DNA of 64,000 bases from a virus (taxonomy: Duplodnaviria > Caudoviricetes), in the IMG/VR virus record IMGVR_UViG_3300015610_000750, positions 39,140-103,139 of that record; one strand, 5' to 3'. Made by a program: the position numbers and the translations under genes. Below are positions 9,911-18,835 of the stretch, piece after piece (within the stretch, counting starts at the first letter, position 1; the number at the start of each line of letters is the position of its first letter). The notes beneath the pieces were generated by a model, which was not told where the DNA came from, made no database searches, and saw only the letters and a program-made list of their open reading frames with translations.

Positions 9911-10302
9911 TTTTCAATTTCCTTTTTTGATATGTTGTCAACTCCGTACTTATCGACTAATGTTTTCTTCATCTTAGCCAATACTTTTCTATTTTGAATT
10001 GGGTAATCAACACCATGTGTCTTTTGTAGTGAATTTTTTCTTTTTGTTTCAGAACATTTTCTACAATAGTATTCACCCCATTTGTTATTGTACTTTACAT
10101 AGTTTTTGAATATGACTTCTTTTTCTTTATCACATCCTTCTCCGTCACATTTACATTTTATTTTAAAATGAGAACCTTTTGATAGTAATTCAATTGGTAT
10201 TACCAAATCATCACCTATTGAAACATCGTCATATCCCATATCCTCATAATATTGGAAATTGGATTCAGTTATTCTTATAGTTATCTCCCTGGTTAGTATC
10301 AT
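9907..10302 (-). CDS. Zinc-ribbon protein with KYGVDN-type repeats (homing-endonuclease-associated module, no nuclease domain)
   Basis: CDGEGC...YYCRKC; KTHGVDYP and KYGVDNIS repeats. Confidence 0.55.
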   Translation of the reverse strand: MILTREITIRITESNFQYYEDMGYDDVSIGDDLVIPIELLSKGSHFKIKCKCDGEGCDKEKEVIFKNYVKYNNKWGEYYCRKCSETKRKNSLQKTHGVDYPIQNRKVLAKMKKTLVDKYGVDNISKKEIEN

Positions 10303-10382
10303 GGATTTTTTACAATTTTACTTATTTATTAAAAAATACACGCTTCTTCCATGATTATTATAGGTATTTGGAAAATAAGTAC

Positions 10383-10432
10383 TATAAAAAATCCACCTCT
10401 GGAAAAAAAGGGTTCTGGTCGACAATATATAC
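10383..10432 (+). promoter_or_regulatory. TATAAAAAATCCACC box plus late promoter for the protease/scaffold gene
   Basis: Exact 15-mer shared with 12536 and 57839; ATATATAC 42 nt downstream. Confidence 0.7.
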
Positions 10433-10459
10433 TTTACCTTAAAAAATAAGATATTTTAA

Positions 10460-12529
10460 ATGAAACCAGTTTTAATCGTAGAAAACTCGACAAATTCCCT
10501 GGTAAAAGAGAGCACTTCTGGTAAGAAGGATTATATCTTGGGTGGTATATTCACTGAATTCGGTGTTAAAAATCGTAATGAAAGAATTTATACTGCTGAC
10601 AAGTTTCTTCCTTGTTTAGAAGAGTTAAACGATCGTATGAATACGTTCGGTACTGTTTACGGAGAGTTTGATCATCCTGATGTATTTGATACATCCCTAT
10701 CTAGATCATCACATATTATCACAAAAGCTGAATATATGAAAGAGTCTAATAGAGTTGAGGGTGAAATTAGATTATTGAGCACTTATTGGGGTAAAGAAGC
10801 AAGGGCATTAGTTGATGACGGATGTCCAATTTTCGTTTCCTCTAGAGCTGCAGGTATTACTGAGTCTGACGGTACCGTAACATTGAAGAAGTTATTTACT
10901 TATGATATTGTTGCTGACCCAGGATTTGCATCTGCAAAAATGAGTGTAAAAGTACTTAATGAATCATTCGGTTACTCAAATAACACAAACTTCAGGATAT
11001 ATGAAATGTCCGATGAGTCAAAAATTAATGAATTATTCAATATGAACAAAAATGACTTTGTCACTAAAAAACAATTGACTGATTACTCTCAGTATCTAAT
11101 TAAAGAATTAGCTACTACTAAGAAAGAAGTTAAGAATGCTTTAACTAAAGGTAATCTAAGTCCAAAGAAGTTAGAAACTCTTCTAGAATACTATGAAGAA
11201 TTACAATCAACTAACTCACAAATCGTTAAGTATCTTGACTACCTTGCTGAAAAGGTACAAGTTGTTGTTAACGAGAACTCATCATTAAAAAAGACAGCTG
11301 ATAAGCTTATCAAACATAATGATTATTTAGCAGAAAATTTAGAAAAAGCTATTAACTATACTGAATATCTTGCTGAAAATCTTGATAAGAATATTGACTA
11401 CTCTGAATATTTAGCAGAAAACTTAGATAAGAATATTTCTTACGCTGAGTATTTAGCTGAAAATCTTGATAGAAACATTTCATATTCAGAATATATCGCT
11501 GAGAATCTTGATAAAAACATTCAATACTCTGAATATTTAGCTGAGAATTTAGATAATAATATCGCTTATTCAGAATATATCGCTGAGAATTTAGATAAGA
11601 ACATTTCTTACTCTGAATATTTAGCTGAACATTTAGATAATTCTATCGCTTACTCTGAATATTTAGCAGAGCATGTTGAAGGAAATATCGCTTATTCAGA
11701 ATATATCGCTGAACATTTAGATGATAACATCGCTTATTCAGAATATATCGCTGAAAATCTTGACAAATCAATTTCTTACCAAGGAATGATCGTTGAGAAA
11801 TTAAATGGTGGTAAACTATTCGAAAGTAATGGTGAAATGTTACCATCTCTAGATGCTGCTGGTTTTGAATCAGTTGGTGAAGAAGAGGAAGAAGAAGAGT
11901 GTGGTCCATGTAATGATGAACTACCTCAAGAGGAAGAAGAAAACGCTGAAGTAAATGCTTCAGAAGAGGAAGAAGAGGAAGAAGTACACGAACAAATCAG
12001 TGGTAGCTCTGACACAGAATTATCACAATCTATTGATAAATTAATTGAAGAGGCTAAAAAACGTAAAGTCTCTGAATCAACTGACTTGAATTTCTTAAAG
12101 TTCTTAAACAAGTCACAAGTTGATAGCTTCTATGCATTAAATCCGGAAGAACAGGAAACTGTTAAACTTCACATAAACGAAAGAAGTTATTTCACACAAA
12201 AGGATGTATTAGCATTAATTAGTGAAGCGTTATCTGCAAAGAATGAATCTCTTGAAGAAAGAGTAATCAGATTGATGCCTGAAAACGTTAAGCCAATCTG
12301 GAATCAGTTAAATGAATCTTCTAAGAAATCTATCTTATCACAAGCTAGATTATATCCAGAAGATGTATTAAAAACTGAAAGTCAAATTGAGCATTTCTGG
12401 TTGACCAGAAATCTTAAGAAAAATGAATCTGTAACTAAGCAGTTAGTATCTCACGAAAGTTTAATTCAAGAAGATAGACTTTCTGATAAAGATGTACAAG
12501 CTATAATGGAAAGATTCAAAAACATTTAA
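10460..12529 (+). CDS. Prohead core protease (gp21-like) fused to scaffold/core protein
   Basis: KNRNERIY, GEFDHP, VSSRAAG, TYDIVADPGF; followed by coiled-coil repeats and an acidic linker. Confidence 0.9.
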   Translation: MKPVLIVENSTNSLVKESTSGKKDYILGGIFTEFGVKNRNERIYTADKFLPCLEELNDRMNTFGTVYGEFDHPDVFDTSLSRSSHIITKAEYMKESNRVEGEIRLLSTYWGKEARALVDDGCPIFVSSRAAGITESDGTVTLKKLFTYDIVADPGFASAKMSVKVLNESFGYSNNTNFRIYEMSDESKINELFNMNKNDFVTKKQLTDYSQYLIKELATTKKEVKNALTKGNLSPKKLETLLEYYEELQSTNSQIVKYLDYLAEKVQVVVNENSSLKKTADKLIKHNDYLAENLEKAINYTEYLAENLDKNIDYSEYLAENLDKNISYAEYLAENLDRNISYSEYIAENLDKNIQYSEYLAENLDNNIAYSEYIAENLDKNISYSEYLAEHLDNSIAYSEYLAEHVEGNIAYSEYIAEHLDDNIAYSEYIAENLDKSISYQGMIVEKLNGGKLFESNGEMLPSLDAAGFESVGEEEEEEECGPCNDELPQEEEENAEVNASEEEEEEEVHEQISGSSDTELSQSIDKLIEEAKKRKVSESTDLNFLKFLNKSQVDSFYALNPEEQETVKLHINERSYFTQKDVLALISEALSAKNESLEERVIRLMPENVKPIWNQLNESSKKSILSQARLYPEDVLKTESQIEHFWLTRNLKKNESVTKQLVSHESLIQEDRLSDKDVQAIMERFKNI
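11315..11776 (+). repeat. 11 tandem 42-bp (14-aa) repeats YSEY[LI]AE[NH]LDxNIx in the scaffold
   Basis: Counted directly in the translation and the DNA. Confidence 0.95.
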
Positions 12530-12535
12530 TCTGTA

Positions 12536-12585
12536 TATAAAAAATCCACCCTTGAAAAATATAGGTTTAGGACACATATATATAG
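12536..12585 (+). promoter_or_regulatory. TATAAAAAATCCACC box plus late promoter for the capsid gene
   Basis: Exact 15-mer; ATATATA 40-42 nt downstream. Confidence 0.7.
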
Positions 12586-12611
12586 ATATACAAAAAAGAA
12601 AAAATTAAATT

Positions 12612-14309
12612 ATGTCACACATTAGAATAGACAAACAAAAAGCAGTTAAGAAGTGGGCACCTGTTCTTGAGAACATGGGTATCACTGGCGACAGAGTTGA
12701 TTGGATGGCTGAGTACGCTGAGTTTCACCAAATCAATGAGAACGCTTATGTAAACGCTTCTAACGTAGCAGGTATGGGTTCAGTAGTTGCTGCTCAACCT
12801 TCTTCATTAGCTGGTAATACAATCACATCATTTGCAGGCCAAGTTGGTTCTGGTGATGTTGGTCAAAACCTTTTACCAGTAGCTATGAAAATCGCGGCTC
12901 AAACAATCGGTCTTGATTTAGTAGCAGTAAAACCATCTCCAGGTCCAAAAATCGATTTATTGTACATCGACTTCCAGTATGATGATACACAAATGGGTGA
13001 CCAAGATGAGAGACCACAAGTTTTCAAATTAAACGTTACTGAGTTATCAACAGTTCAAACAGCTTTAAGAGCTTTCATGACTGCTAACTCTATCAACGAG
13101 ACAACTGGTGGTATGAACGGAAGAATTTGGGTAAGACTTAACGCTAACTCAGCAGTACCTTCTTTCACTACAACTGACCAATCTGCTAACTCTAAATATG
13201 GTACAGCTGAATTCTTAGGATTCTCTCGTATCGATGGTTATCCAATGTTCAGAGCTTACAGACAGTTTAACACTGCTCACACAGCTGTTAGTTCAGCAAG
13301 TACTCTTTGGTCATTCGATCAAACTAGAAACACATTTAACCCAACTCAATCAATGGTTGCTCAAATCACTGCTATTGGTACTTACTCAGTAACAGGAGTT
13401 GACGTTCAATTAGTATCAGCACTTGAAGATCATATCCCTGGTTTCTCTGCAAACTGGAATGGTTCATCTTCTGCAGCTTTCGCTGGTAACTATCCAATGG
13501 ACAGAGCAATGGACGATAAGACTTACGCTGGTGTTATCGGTCCTAAGATTTCTTCTAAAACAATCGCAGTTGGTACTATCGAAGTAACTTCAGCATTGAG
13601 AAGAACTGAAATCGAAGATATTAAAGCTAACACAGGTATGGATATCGTTCAAAAGATGGAATCTATCCTTGTTAACGAATTATCTCAAACAATATCTAAG
13701 CAAATCGTTGCTAAGATATTCGAAATGGGTGATCTTAACAGAACATCTGCTCCTTTATTCGGAGGTACTCCAACTATCACTGGTCAAACTATATTTGACT
13801 TAGATACTGACTACGTTGGTACAGGTGGTCCTGGTGGAGAAACAACACACGCTATTCAACGTAAGTTAATTACTAAGATAGCACACGCTTCTAACTTCAT
13901 TGCAACAGAAGGTCGTGTTGGTCCAGCTCAGTACTTAATCACTAATGGAGGTCTTGCAGCAGCTTTACAAGATATCGCTGGTTATACAATTAACCCAGTT
14001 AAATCTAAGATGAACTCTCAAGGTCAATTATACCCAGTAGGTACAATTGGAGATATTTCAATATATGTTGACCCATATATGAAGTATAACGATAACAGAA
14101 TCGTTCTTGGTAGAAAGAACAATCCTGACCAACCAGGTATCATCTTCGTTCCATACTTAATGGCACAATCAATATCTATCATCTCTGAAGCTACATTCGC
14201 TCCGCGTATGTTACTAAGAAGTAGATATGCAGTTGCTGAAGTAGGTTGGTTCCCACAAAAGCAGTTCATGACTATCAAAGTTAAGGATACTAAACAATTC
14301 TTAAACTAA
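12612..14309 (+). CDS. Major capsid protein (T4 gp23-like)
   Basis: KKWAPVLE, AQTIGLDLVAVKP, IYVDPY, GIIFVPY, TFAPRMLLRSRYA; strongly biased codon usage; candidate INE cleavage site near residue 43. Confidence 0.93.
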   Translation: MSHIRIDKQKAVKKWAPVLENMGITGDRVDWMAEYAEFHQINENAYVNASNVAGMGSVVAAQPSSLAGNTITSFAGQVGSGDVGQNLLPVAMKIAAQTIGLDLVAVKPSPGPKIDLLYIDFQYDDTQMGDQDERPQVFKLNVTELSTVQTALRAFMTANSINETTGGMNGRIWVRLNANSAVPSFTTTDQSANSKYGTAEFLGFSRIDGYPMFRAYRQFNTAHTAVSSASTLWSFDQTRNTFNPTQSMVAQITAIGTYSVTGVDVQLVSALEDHIPGFSANWNGSSSAAFAGNYPMDRAMDDKTYAGVIGPKISSKTIAVGTIEVTSALRRTEIEDIKANTGMDIVQKMESILVNELSQTISKQIVAKIFEMGDLNRTSAPLFGGTPTITGQTIFDLDTDYVGTGGPGGETTHAIQRKLITKIAHASNFIATEGRVGPAQYLITNGGLAAALQDIAGYTINPVKSKMNSQGQLYPVGTIGDISIYVDPYMKYNDNRIVLGRKNNPDQPGIIFVPYLMAQSISIISEATFAPRMLLRSRYAVAEVGWFPQKQFMTIKVKDTKQFLN

Positions 14310-14329
14310 GAAGTCTCACTGAGATATCG

Positions 14330-14357
14330 AAAAAAGTCCCTTCATTGGGACTTTTTT
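14330..14357 (+). terminator. Intrinsic terminator after the capsid gene
   Basis: AAAAAGTCCC-TTCATT-GGGACTTTTTT. Confidence 0.85.
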
Positions 14358-14391
14358 CATTTTAAATAGTTTGTAAATTAATATATACACT

Positions 14392-15081
14392 ATGGAAGCA
14401 AAGAAGTATATACTTGCTGTTGATTACCCAAGTAATGGTAATATTAAACTTTGGTACTATGATACTATTGGTGAAATATTAGATGAGATAAAATGCTGGA
14501 TATTAGATGATGATGAGGATCATGATTTGTTAAGTGTTAGTGATGAATATGTTGAAGATAGATTATCCGAAATGGAAATTACATTTTCTATCTATAAGTA
14601 TGGTGAGGAAGATCCTATTTCTGAATTATATTCAAATCCAGATGATAAATTTAGTGATTGGTTGGATGAGATGACATCTATTGTAGAAAATAATGTTATT
14701 AAATATGACCAGTTTATTACTGAAGGTAAAAAAGATAAATTCCCTAATATTAAAAAGGTTGTGATTGATGACTTTGTTGTCTATGTAGGTAGAGATTCAT
14801 TATCAAACGACCATTTAACATTTAATATGTCACATCCAGAAGATATATGGATGCATGCGAAAGGTGTTCCAGGTAGTCATGTTGTTATAAGAGTTAGAGA
14901 GAATTTACCTACGAAAGAGGTTATAAGAAAGGCAGCAGAGTTAGCTGTTAAGAATAGTAAGGCAAAAGATGATAAAACCACAGTAGTTTATTGTCAAAGA
15001 AAATTTGTAAAGAAAGAAAAAGATATGAAACCAGGACAAGTTAAGGTTGATTATGTCAATTCTGAGGAAATTACTATTTAA
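14392..15081 (+). CDS. NFACT-R (DUF814) RNA-binding domain protein with an acidic N-terminal domain
   Basis: VYVGRD..SNDHLT, DIWMHAKGVPGSHVVIR, AAELAVKNSK, PGQV. Confidence 0.85.
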   Translation: MEAKKYILAVDYPSNGNIKLWYYDTIGEILDEIKCWILDDDEDHDLLSVSDEYVEDRLSEMEITFSIYKYGEEDPISELYSNPDDKFSDWLDEMTSIVENNVIKYDQFITEGKKDKFPNIKKVVIDDFVVYVGRDSLSNDHLTFNMSHPEDIWMHAKGVPGSHVVIRVRENLPTKEVIRKAAELAVKNSKAKDDKTTVVYCQRKFVKKEKDMKPGQVKVDYVNSEEITI

Positions 15082-15119
15082 AATTAATATATACATAAGT
15101 AAAATAAATTTATTTATTA

Positions 15120-16478
15120 ATGGCAGAGAAAGAAAAGGGTACACCAAGACTAAAGTTCACACAAGAACTTATTGATATACTTAAGCAAATTGAAGGAGAG
15201 AATGATTATTTAGCCTTTGAATTGTTGGGTATGGAGGAAGAAGATGCTAGATACCACAATGGTTTAGGTATAACACTTGTTGGGACATCCAAACAAGATT
15301 GGTGTTTCGATGTTGTTATAAAGAACAAAATACATCCTATGAAAATAGGAAAGTTTGTTAGATACTTTATCGGTAACAAAGGAATTGTTGATGATAAAGA
15401 GATATACAAATTTGCAGACTTATATAATAAGATTAAAAATGGAGAGCCTGAAAAGCACGAATATGAACCTATAAAAGTTCCTCCTTTTTCTTATAATCCA
15501 AAGGATGTTAGAGCTACATTCCTTTCAATGGTTACTAAAACGTATCCACATGGACACGAAGAAGAAGTTCTTCAGTTTTTACCAGAATTACAGAAAGATT
15601 CTGTTGGTAATTATTACCTAATAGTTGGTAAATCAGAAACAATGTTCACTAGTCACTTAGATACTGCTGATAGAAAACAAGAAGATACCGTTTTATATGA
15701 CGCAGAAGAAAAGGGAGAGTCTTATATTATAACTGATGGTAATACTATATTGGGTGCGGATGATAAGTCCGGAGTTACTGTTATGTTGTATATGATTGCT
15801 CACAATATTCCTGGATTGTATTATTTCTTCGTTGGTGAAGAGAGAGGTGGTATTGGTTCTGGTAAGTTAGCCGCTATATTTGATACTGTACCTTATCTAA
15901 AGAGTATTAAGAGATGTATATCATTCGATAGAAGAAGTTATCACTCTGTCATTACTGAGCAATTAGGTAGAAAGTGTTGTTCAAATGAGTTTGGTACAGC
16001 TTTATGTAAGGAATTTAATAAGAGTGGATTGGTTAAATTATCACTAGATCCAACGGGTATTTATACTGACTCTGCATCATTTATTGATGATATTCCGGAA
16101 TGTACTAATATTTCAGTTGGATATATGCATGAACATACTGGTGATGAATATCAAAATATAACATTCTTAGAAAATTTATGTAAAGCATCTTTATCAGTTA
16201 ATTGGGAATCATTACCTACTGTTAGAAAAGTTGGAATTGACCAAGAAATAGTTAAGAAATATAGAAATTTCCTTAATGAAGTTAAGGCGTCTGCTTTTGC
16301 ATTGGATATGAAACTGTATGGATATGAAGGTGAAGTATTTTTAAGAGTTGATTTAGATGAAACTGACATTGATCTTATACACAATGATTTAGTTTCATTG
16401 AGTGTTTTATTAAAGAAATATAAGATGGATCCTAATATAAGGTTCAGTGGAACCTATTTAAAAATAGAACTAAAGTAA
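15120..16478 (+). CDS. M28-family zinc peptidase with an N-terminal KIGxF domain
   Basis: SHLDT, LGADDKSG, GEERG, ISFDR, TDS, NISVGY..EHT. Confidence 0.85.
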   Translation: MAEKEKGTPRLKFTQELIDILKQIEGENDYLAFELLGMEEEDARYHNGLGITLVGTSKQDWCFDVVIKNKIHPMKIGKFVRYFIGNKGIVDDKEIYKFADLYNKIKNGEPEKHEYEPIKVPPFSYNPKDVRATFLSMVTKTYPHGHEEEVLQFLPELQKDSVGNYYLIVGKSETMFTSHLDTADRKQEDTVLYDAEEKGESYIITDGNTILGADDKSGVTVMLYMIAHNIPGLYYFFVGEERGGIGSGKLAAIFDTVPYLKSIKRCISFDRRSYHSVITEQLGRKCCSNEFGTALCKEFNKSGLVKLSLDPTGIYTDSASFIDDIPECTNISVGYMHEHTGDEYQNITFLENLCKASLSVNWESLPTVRKVGIDQEIVKKYRNFLNEVKASAFALDMKLYGYEGEVFLRVDLDETDIDLIHNDLVSLSVLLKKYKMDPNIRFSGTYLKIELK

Positions 16479-16479
16479 T

Positions 16480-17037
16480 ATGAAGTTAAAGAATTATAAA
16501 GAGCTATTTGAAGAAGTAGATCCTAAAGACTGGGGAGAAGATGATGATGATCTTTATGGAAGACCACATTATGGAAGTAAGAATGATGACTATGAAGAGT
16601 TAAAGAAGAAATTCAAAGAGCAAATGGGTGAATCATTTGATGACGATGATGATAATGAAGATACTTCTGCATCAGATGAAATGGATAACTTATTATATTT
16701 ACTTAGAACTCTATTTAAGAATGGTGGTGTAGAAGCTGAATTTGAAAGTAAAGGATTAGATATAATGGTTTATGTTGTTCTTAATAAGAGAGAGAAAATG
16801 TCCTCTATACTTAAAGTATTCGATTTAGTTAAGAAACTAAAGAGAGATATATTACCTCAATATGATTCAGAATTTGAAATGTGGGAAACTAAATCAGGAC
16901 TACCAATGTTAACATTTAACTTTGAATATGAAGGTTCTGATGGTGATCCTAACCACGATGGTACTAAGCCATTTGATGACCACGAAGGTTCAATTGACTT
17001 CGATGAAGATATTGATGATGAAGATCCATTTGTATAA
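16480..17037 (+). CDS. Acidic hypothetical protein with putative capsid-targeting N-terminus
   Basis: MKLKNYKELFEE start. Confidence 0.6.
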   Translation: MKLKNYKELFEEVDPKDWGEDDDDLYGRPHYGSKNDDYEELKKKFKEQMGESFDDDDDNEDTSASDEMDNLLYLLRTLFKNGGVEAEFESKGLDIMVYVVLNKREKMSSILKVFDLVKKLKRDILPQYDSEFEMWETKSGLPMLTFNFEYEGSDGDPNHDGTKPFDDHEGSIDFDEDIDDEDPFV

Positions 17038-17111
17038 AATGGAAAAAAGTCTGTTTTTTCTTGAAATATATAATATTCACAAAACCATTTTGTATTTTTA
17101 AAATATAAATG

Positions 17112-17119
17112 TATATTTG
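17112..17119 (+). promoter_or_regulatory. Bacteroidota-type -7 promoter element (TAnnTTTG) for the tmRNA
   Basis: TATATTTG; the same octamer occurs at 34477, 35434 and 38351 upstream of genes. Confidence 0.6.
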
Positions 17120-17140
17120 TGATATAATTACAAAACACTT

Positions 17141-17521
17141 GGGGATGTCATAGAATTGATTCGCAGAGTAAAGGTAGTTATGCAGGTATCGGGTGGTAAG
17201 ATGTCCGATTAATAAATTATCAGACAAAATTGTAAACGGAAACGTAACAGAAGTAGGAACTCGTGAAGATTTAGTAGCGGCACTACAAAACAACATGCTC
17301 TTGGTAGAAGAGCCAGCAACTGTCTAACAGCGGTTACTGACAAAAAAATTCTCCACTGATTCACAACAGACCAAAAGGTGAGATTTTTTGTTGTTACTCG
17401 TTTGAGTCTTTCAAAATCAAGTAACTATTTTGTGAGTTTAGAAAAATTTAACAAGCCTGTGAATGAATAAATGCAATTAACTGAGGAAGACACGTTGGGC
17501 AGTGCAACGTCATCTCCACAA
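17141..17521 (+). ncRNA. ssrA: tmRNA
   Basis: 5' GGGGATG pairs with 3' CATCTCC (17511-17517) giving a G3:U alanine determinant and discriminator A; T-arm ACGTTG/CAACGT; internal tag ORF 17238-17327. Confidence 0.88.
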
Positions 17522-17528
17522 AGAAATT

Positions 17529-17574
17529 ATCCACTCCGCTTCCAGTAGAACAGCGCGCTCAGAGTGGATTTTTT
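17529..17574 (+). terminator. Hairpin/terminator after the tmRNA
   Basis: ATCCACTC...GAGTGGAT followed by a T-run. Confidence 0.65.
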
Positions 17575-17642
17575 ATTATATTTAATTATGAAAAAAAGAA
17601 GAGACAGATCAGATATGTAAGTACAAAAAATAACTTACGTAT

Positions 17643-17963
17643 ATGTCAAAACATACAAACAAACATTGGTTAAGAGAGAAAGAATTTATCTCTCTTAAAA
17701 GAGAATTGGATGAACTTTGGGACACTATTCCTGTCGTTAGATGGAGAAGAATTCCACACACAAGAGTTCATGAGATAAACGCTAGATTGCGTCATAAATT
17801 CTATAATGAATATCATGGTTGGTGTCATACTGCCCCAAAACATTATAGAAAAACATTAAATAGAATACAAAGAGCTAAGTCTAAACAAGTTCTTTATAAA
17901 GTCCTAAATGGTAAAGAAGTTTCTTTCGAGGATTGTTATAAAGGATGTAACTGGTATTGGTAA
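17643..17963 (+). CDS. Basic hypothetical protein
   Basis: 106-aa ORF, R/K/W rich. Confidence 0.55.
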   Translation: MSKHTNKHWLREKEFISLKRELDELWDTIPVVRWRRIPHTRVHEINARLRHKFYNEYHGWCHTAPKHYRKTLNRIQRAKSKQVLYKVLNGKEVSFEDCYKGCNWYW

Positions 17964-18244
17964 TGAAATTAATAATTATAAATAGTGGCAATAGAATTTC
18001 TATTGACTTTGATTCAAAGGTTAAGATTAACTCTGGTACCTTACACTCTCTTAAAGAACTAGTAACTCTCAAAGATATTGAGAAAGAAGTTCGAGAGTAT
18101 CTTGGAGTTGAAAATTGGAGAACTAGAGTTATGCCTGGTTTCGATTCAACAACTATACATACTGGTAGTGACGAGGAATATAATCGTATTAAAACTATTG
18201 TTAGAAGGGATAATATAATTGAAAAACTATTAGAAAATGATTGA
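17963..18244 (+). CDS. Hypothetical protein with C-terminal RDNIIEKLL tag
   Basis: ORF track (ATG 17963 preferred); shared C-terminal motif. Confidence 0.6.
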   Translation: MKLIIINSGNRISIDFDSKVKINSGTLHSLKELVTLKDIEKEVREYLGVENWRTRVMPGFDSTTIHTGSDEEYNRIKTIVRRDNIIEKLLEND

Positions 18245-18713
18245 TAAATTTGAGGGAGAAAATAGATTTTTATCTAATTTTTACCCATCTGAAATAACAC
18301 ACGAAGGTATTGTTTATCCAACAAATGAACACTACTATGTTGCCATGAAAATTAATGAACCACAGTATATTACAATAGATGGTGAATTGAAAAATCTAGA
18401 TATAAAAAGATCTAGAGTTTATGTCTCAAAAATTAAAACCGCAGGTGATGTTAAGAGACTTGGTAGAAAGTTAAAGGTCAGAGATGATTGGGATGATGTT
18501 AAATTATCCGTTATGGAATATGGGGTTAGACAAAAGTTTAACAAACATGAGGATCTTAAAAATATGTTACTCGATACGGGTGATGAAGAGTTAATTGAAG
18601 GTAACTGGTGGGGTGACACTTACTGGGGAGTATGTAATGGTAAGGGGGAAAATCACCTAGGTAAAATACTAATGAGAGTTAGAGAAGAGATTAGATGTCC
18701 AACCTCTGTGTGA
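18237..18713 (+). CDS. NADAR (YbiA-like) family protein
   Basis: FLSNFY, EHYY.AMK, KRLGR, DDWD.VK, LIEGNWWGDTYWG, GENHLGKILMRVR. Confidence 0.9.
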   Translation: MIDKFEGENRFLSNFYPSEITHEGIVYPTNEHYYVAMKINEPQYITIDGELKNLDIKRSRVYVSKIKTAGDVKRLGRKLKVRDDWDDVKLSVMEYGVRQKFNKHEDLKNMLLDTGDEELIEGNWWGDTYWGVCNGKGENHLGKILMRVREEIRCPTSV

Positions 18714-18780
18714 TTTTCTTTTACCACTAGCTACCAGGCATAGTTTTGAGTTACAAATTTATTATCTTTGTATAGAAATG
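18691..18780 (-). pseudogene. Remnant of a homing-endonuclease DNA-binding (NUMOD1-like) C-terminus
   Basis: Minus strand reads CNSKLCLVASGKRKSHRGWTS; upstream part is frameshifted/stopped. Confidence 0.5.
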
Positions 18781-18789
18781 GACGACAAT

Positions 18790-18816
18790 AAACTTAGTCA
18801 TATATTAGTTATATAA
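18790..18816 (+). promoter_or_regulatory. Putative middle promoter AAAC-N17/18-TATAA
   Basis: Same spacing recurs upstream of several replication genes (see findings). Confidence 0.55.
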
Positions 18817-18835
18817 CCAATAAAATATTTTTTAA

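Noticed and set aside
11315-11776. CRISPR-like array
   Set aside because: The 42-bp units are contiguous, in-frame coding repeats with synonymous variation and no spacers.
17141-17521. tRNA-Ala gene
   Set aside because: The acceptor halves are about 370 nt apart and enclose a tag ORF, so it is tmRNA; no stand-alone tRNA was recognised in the window.
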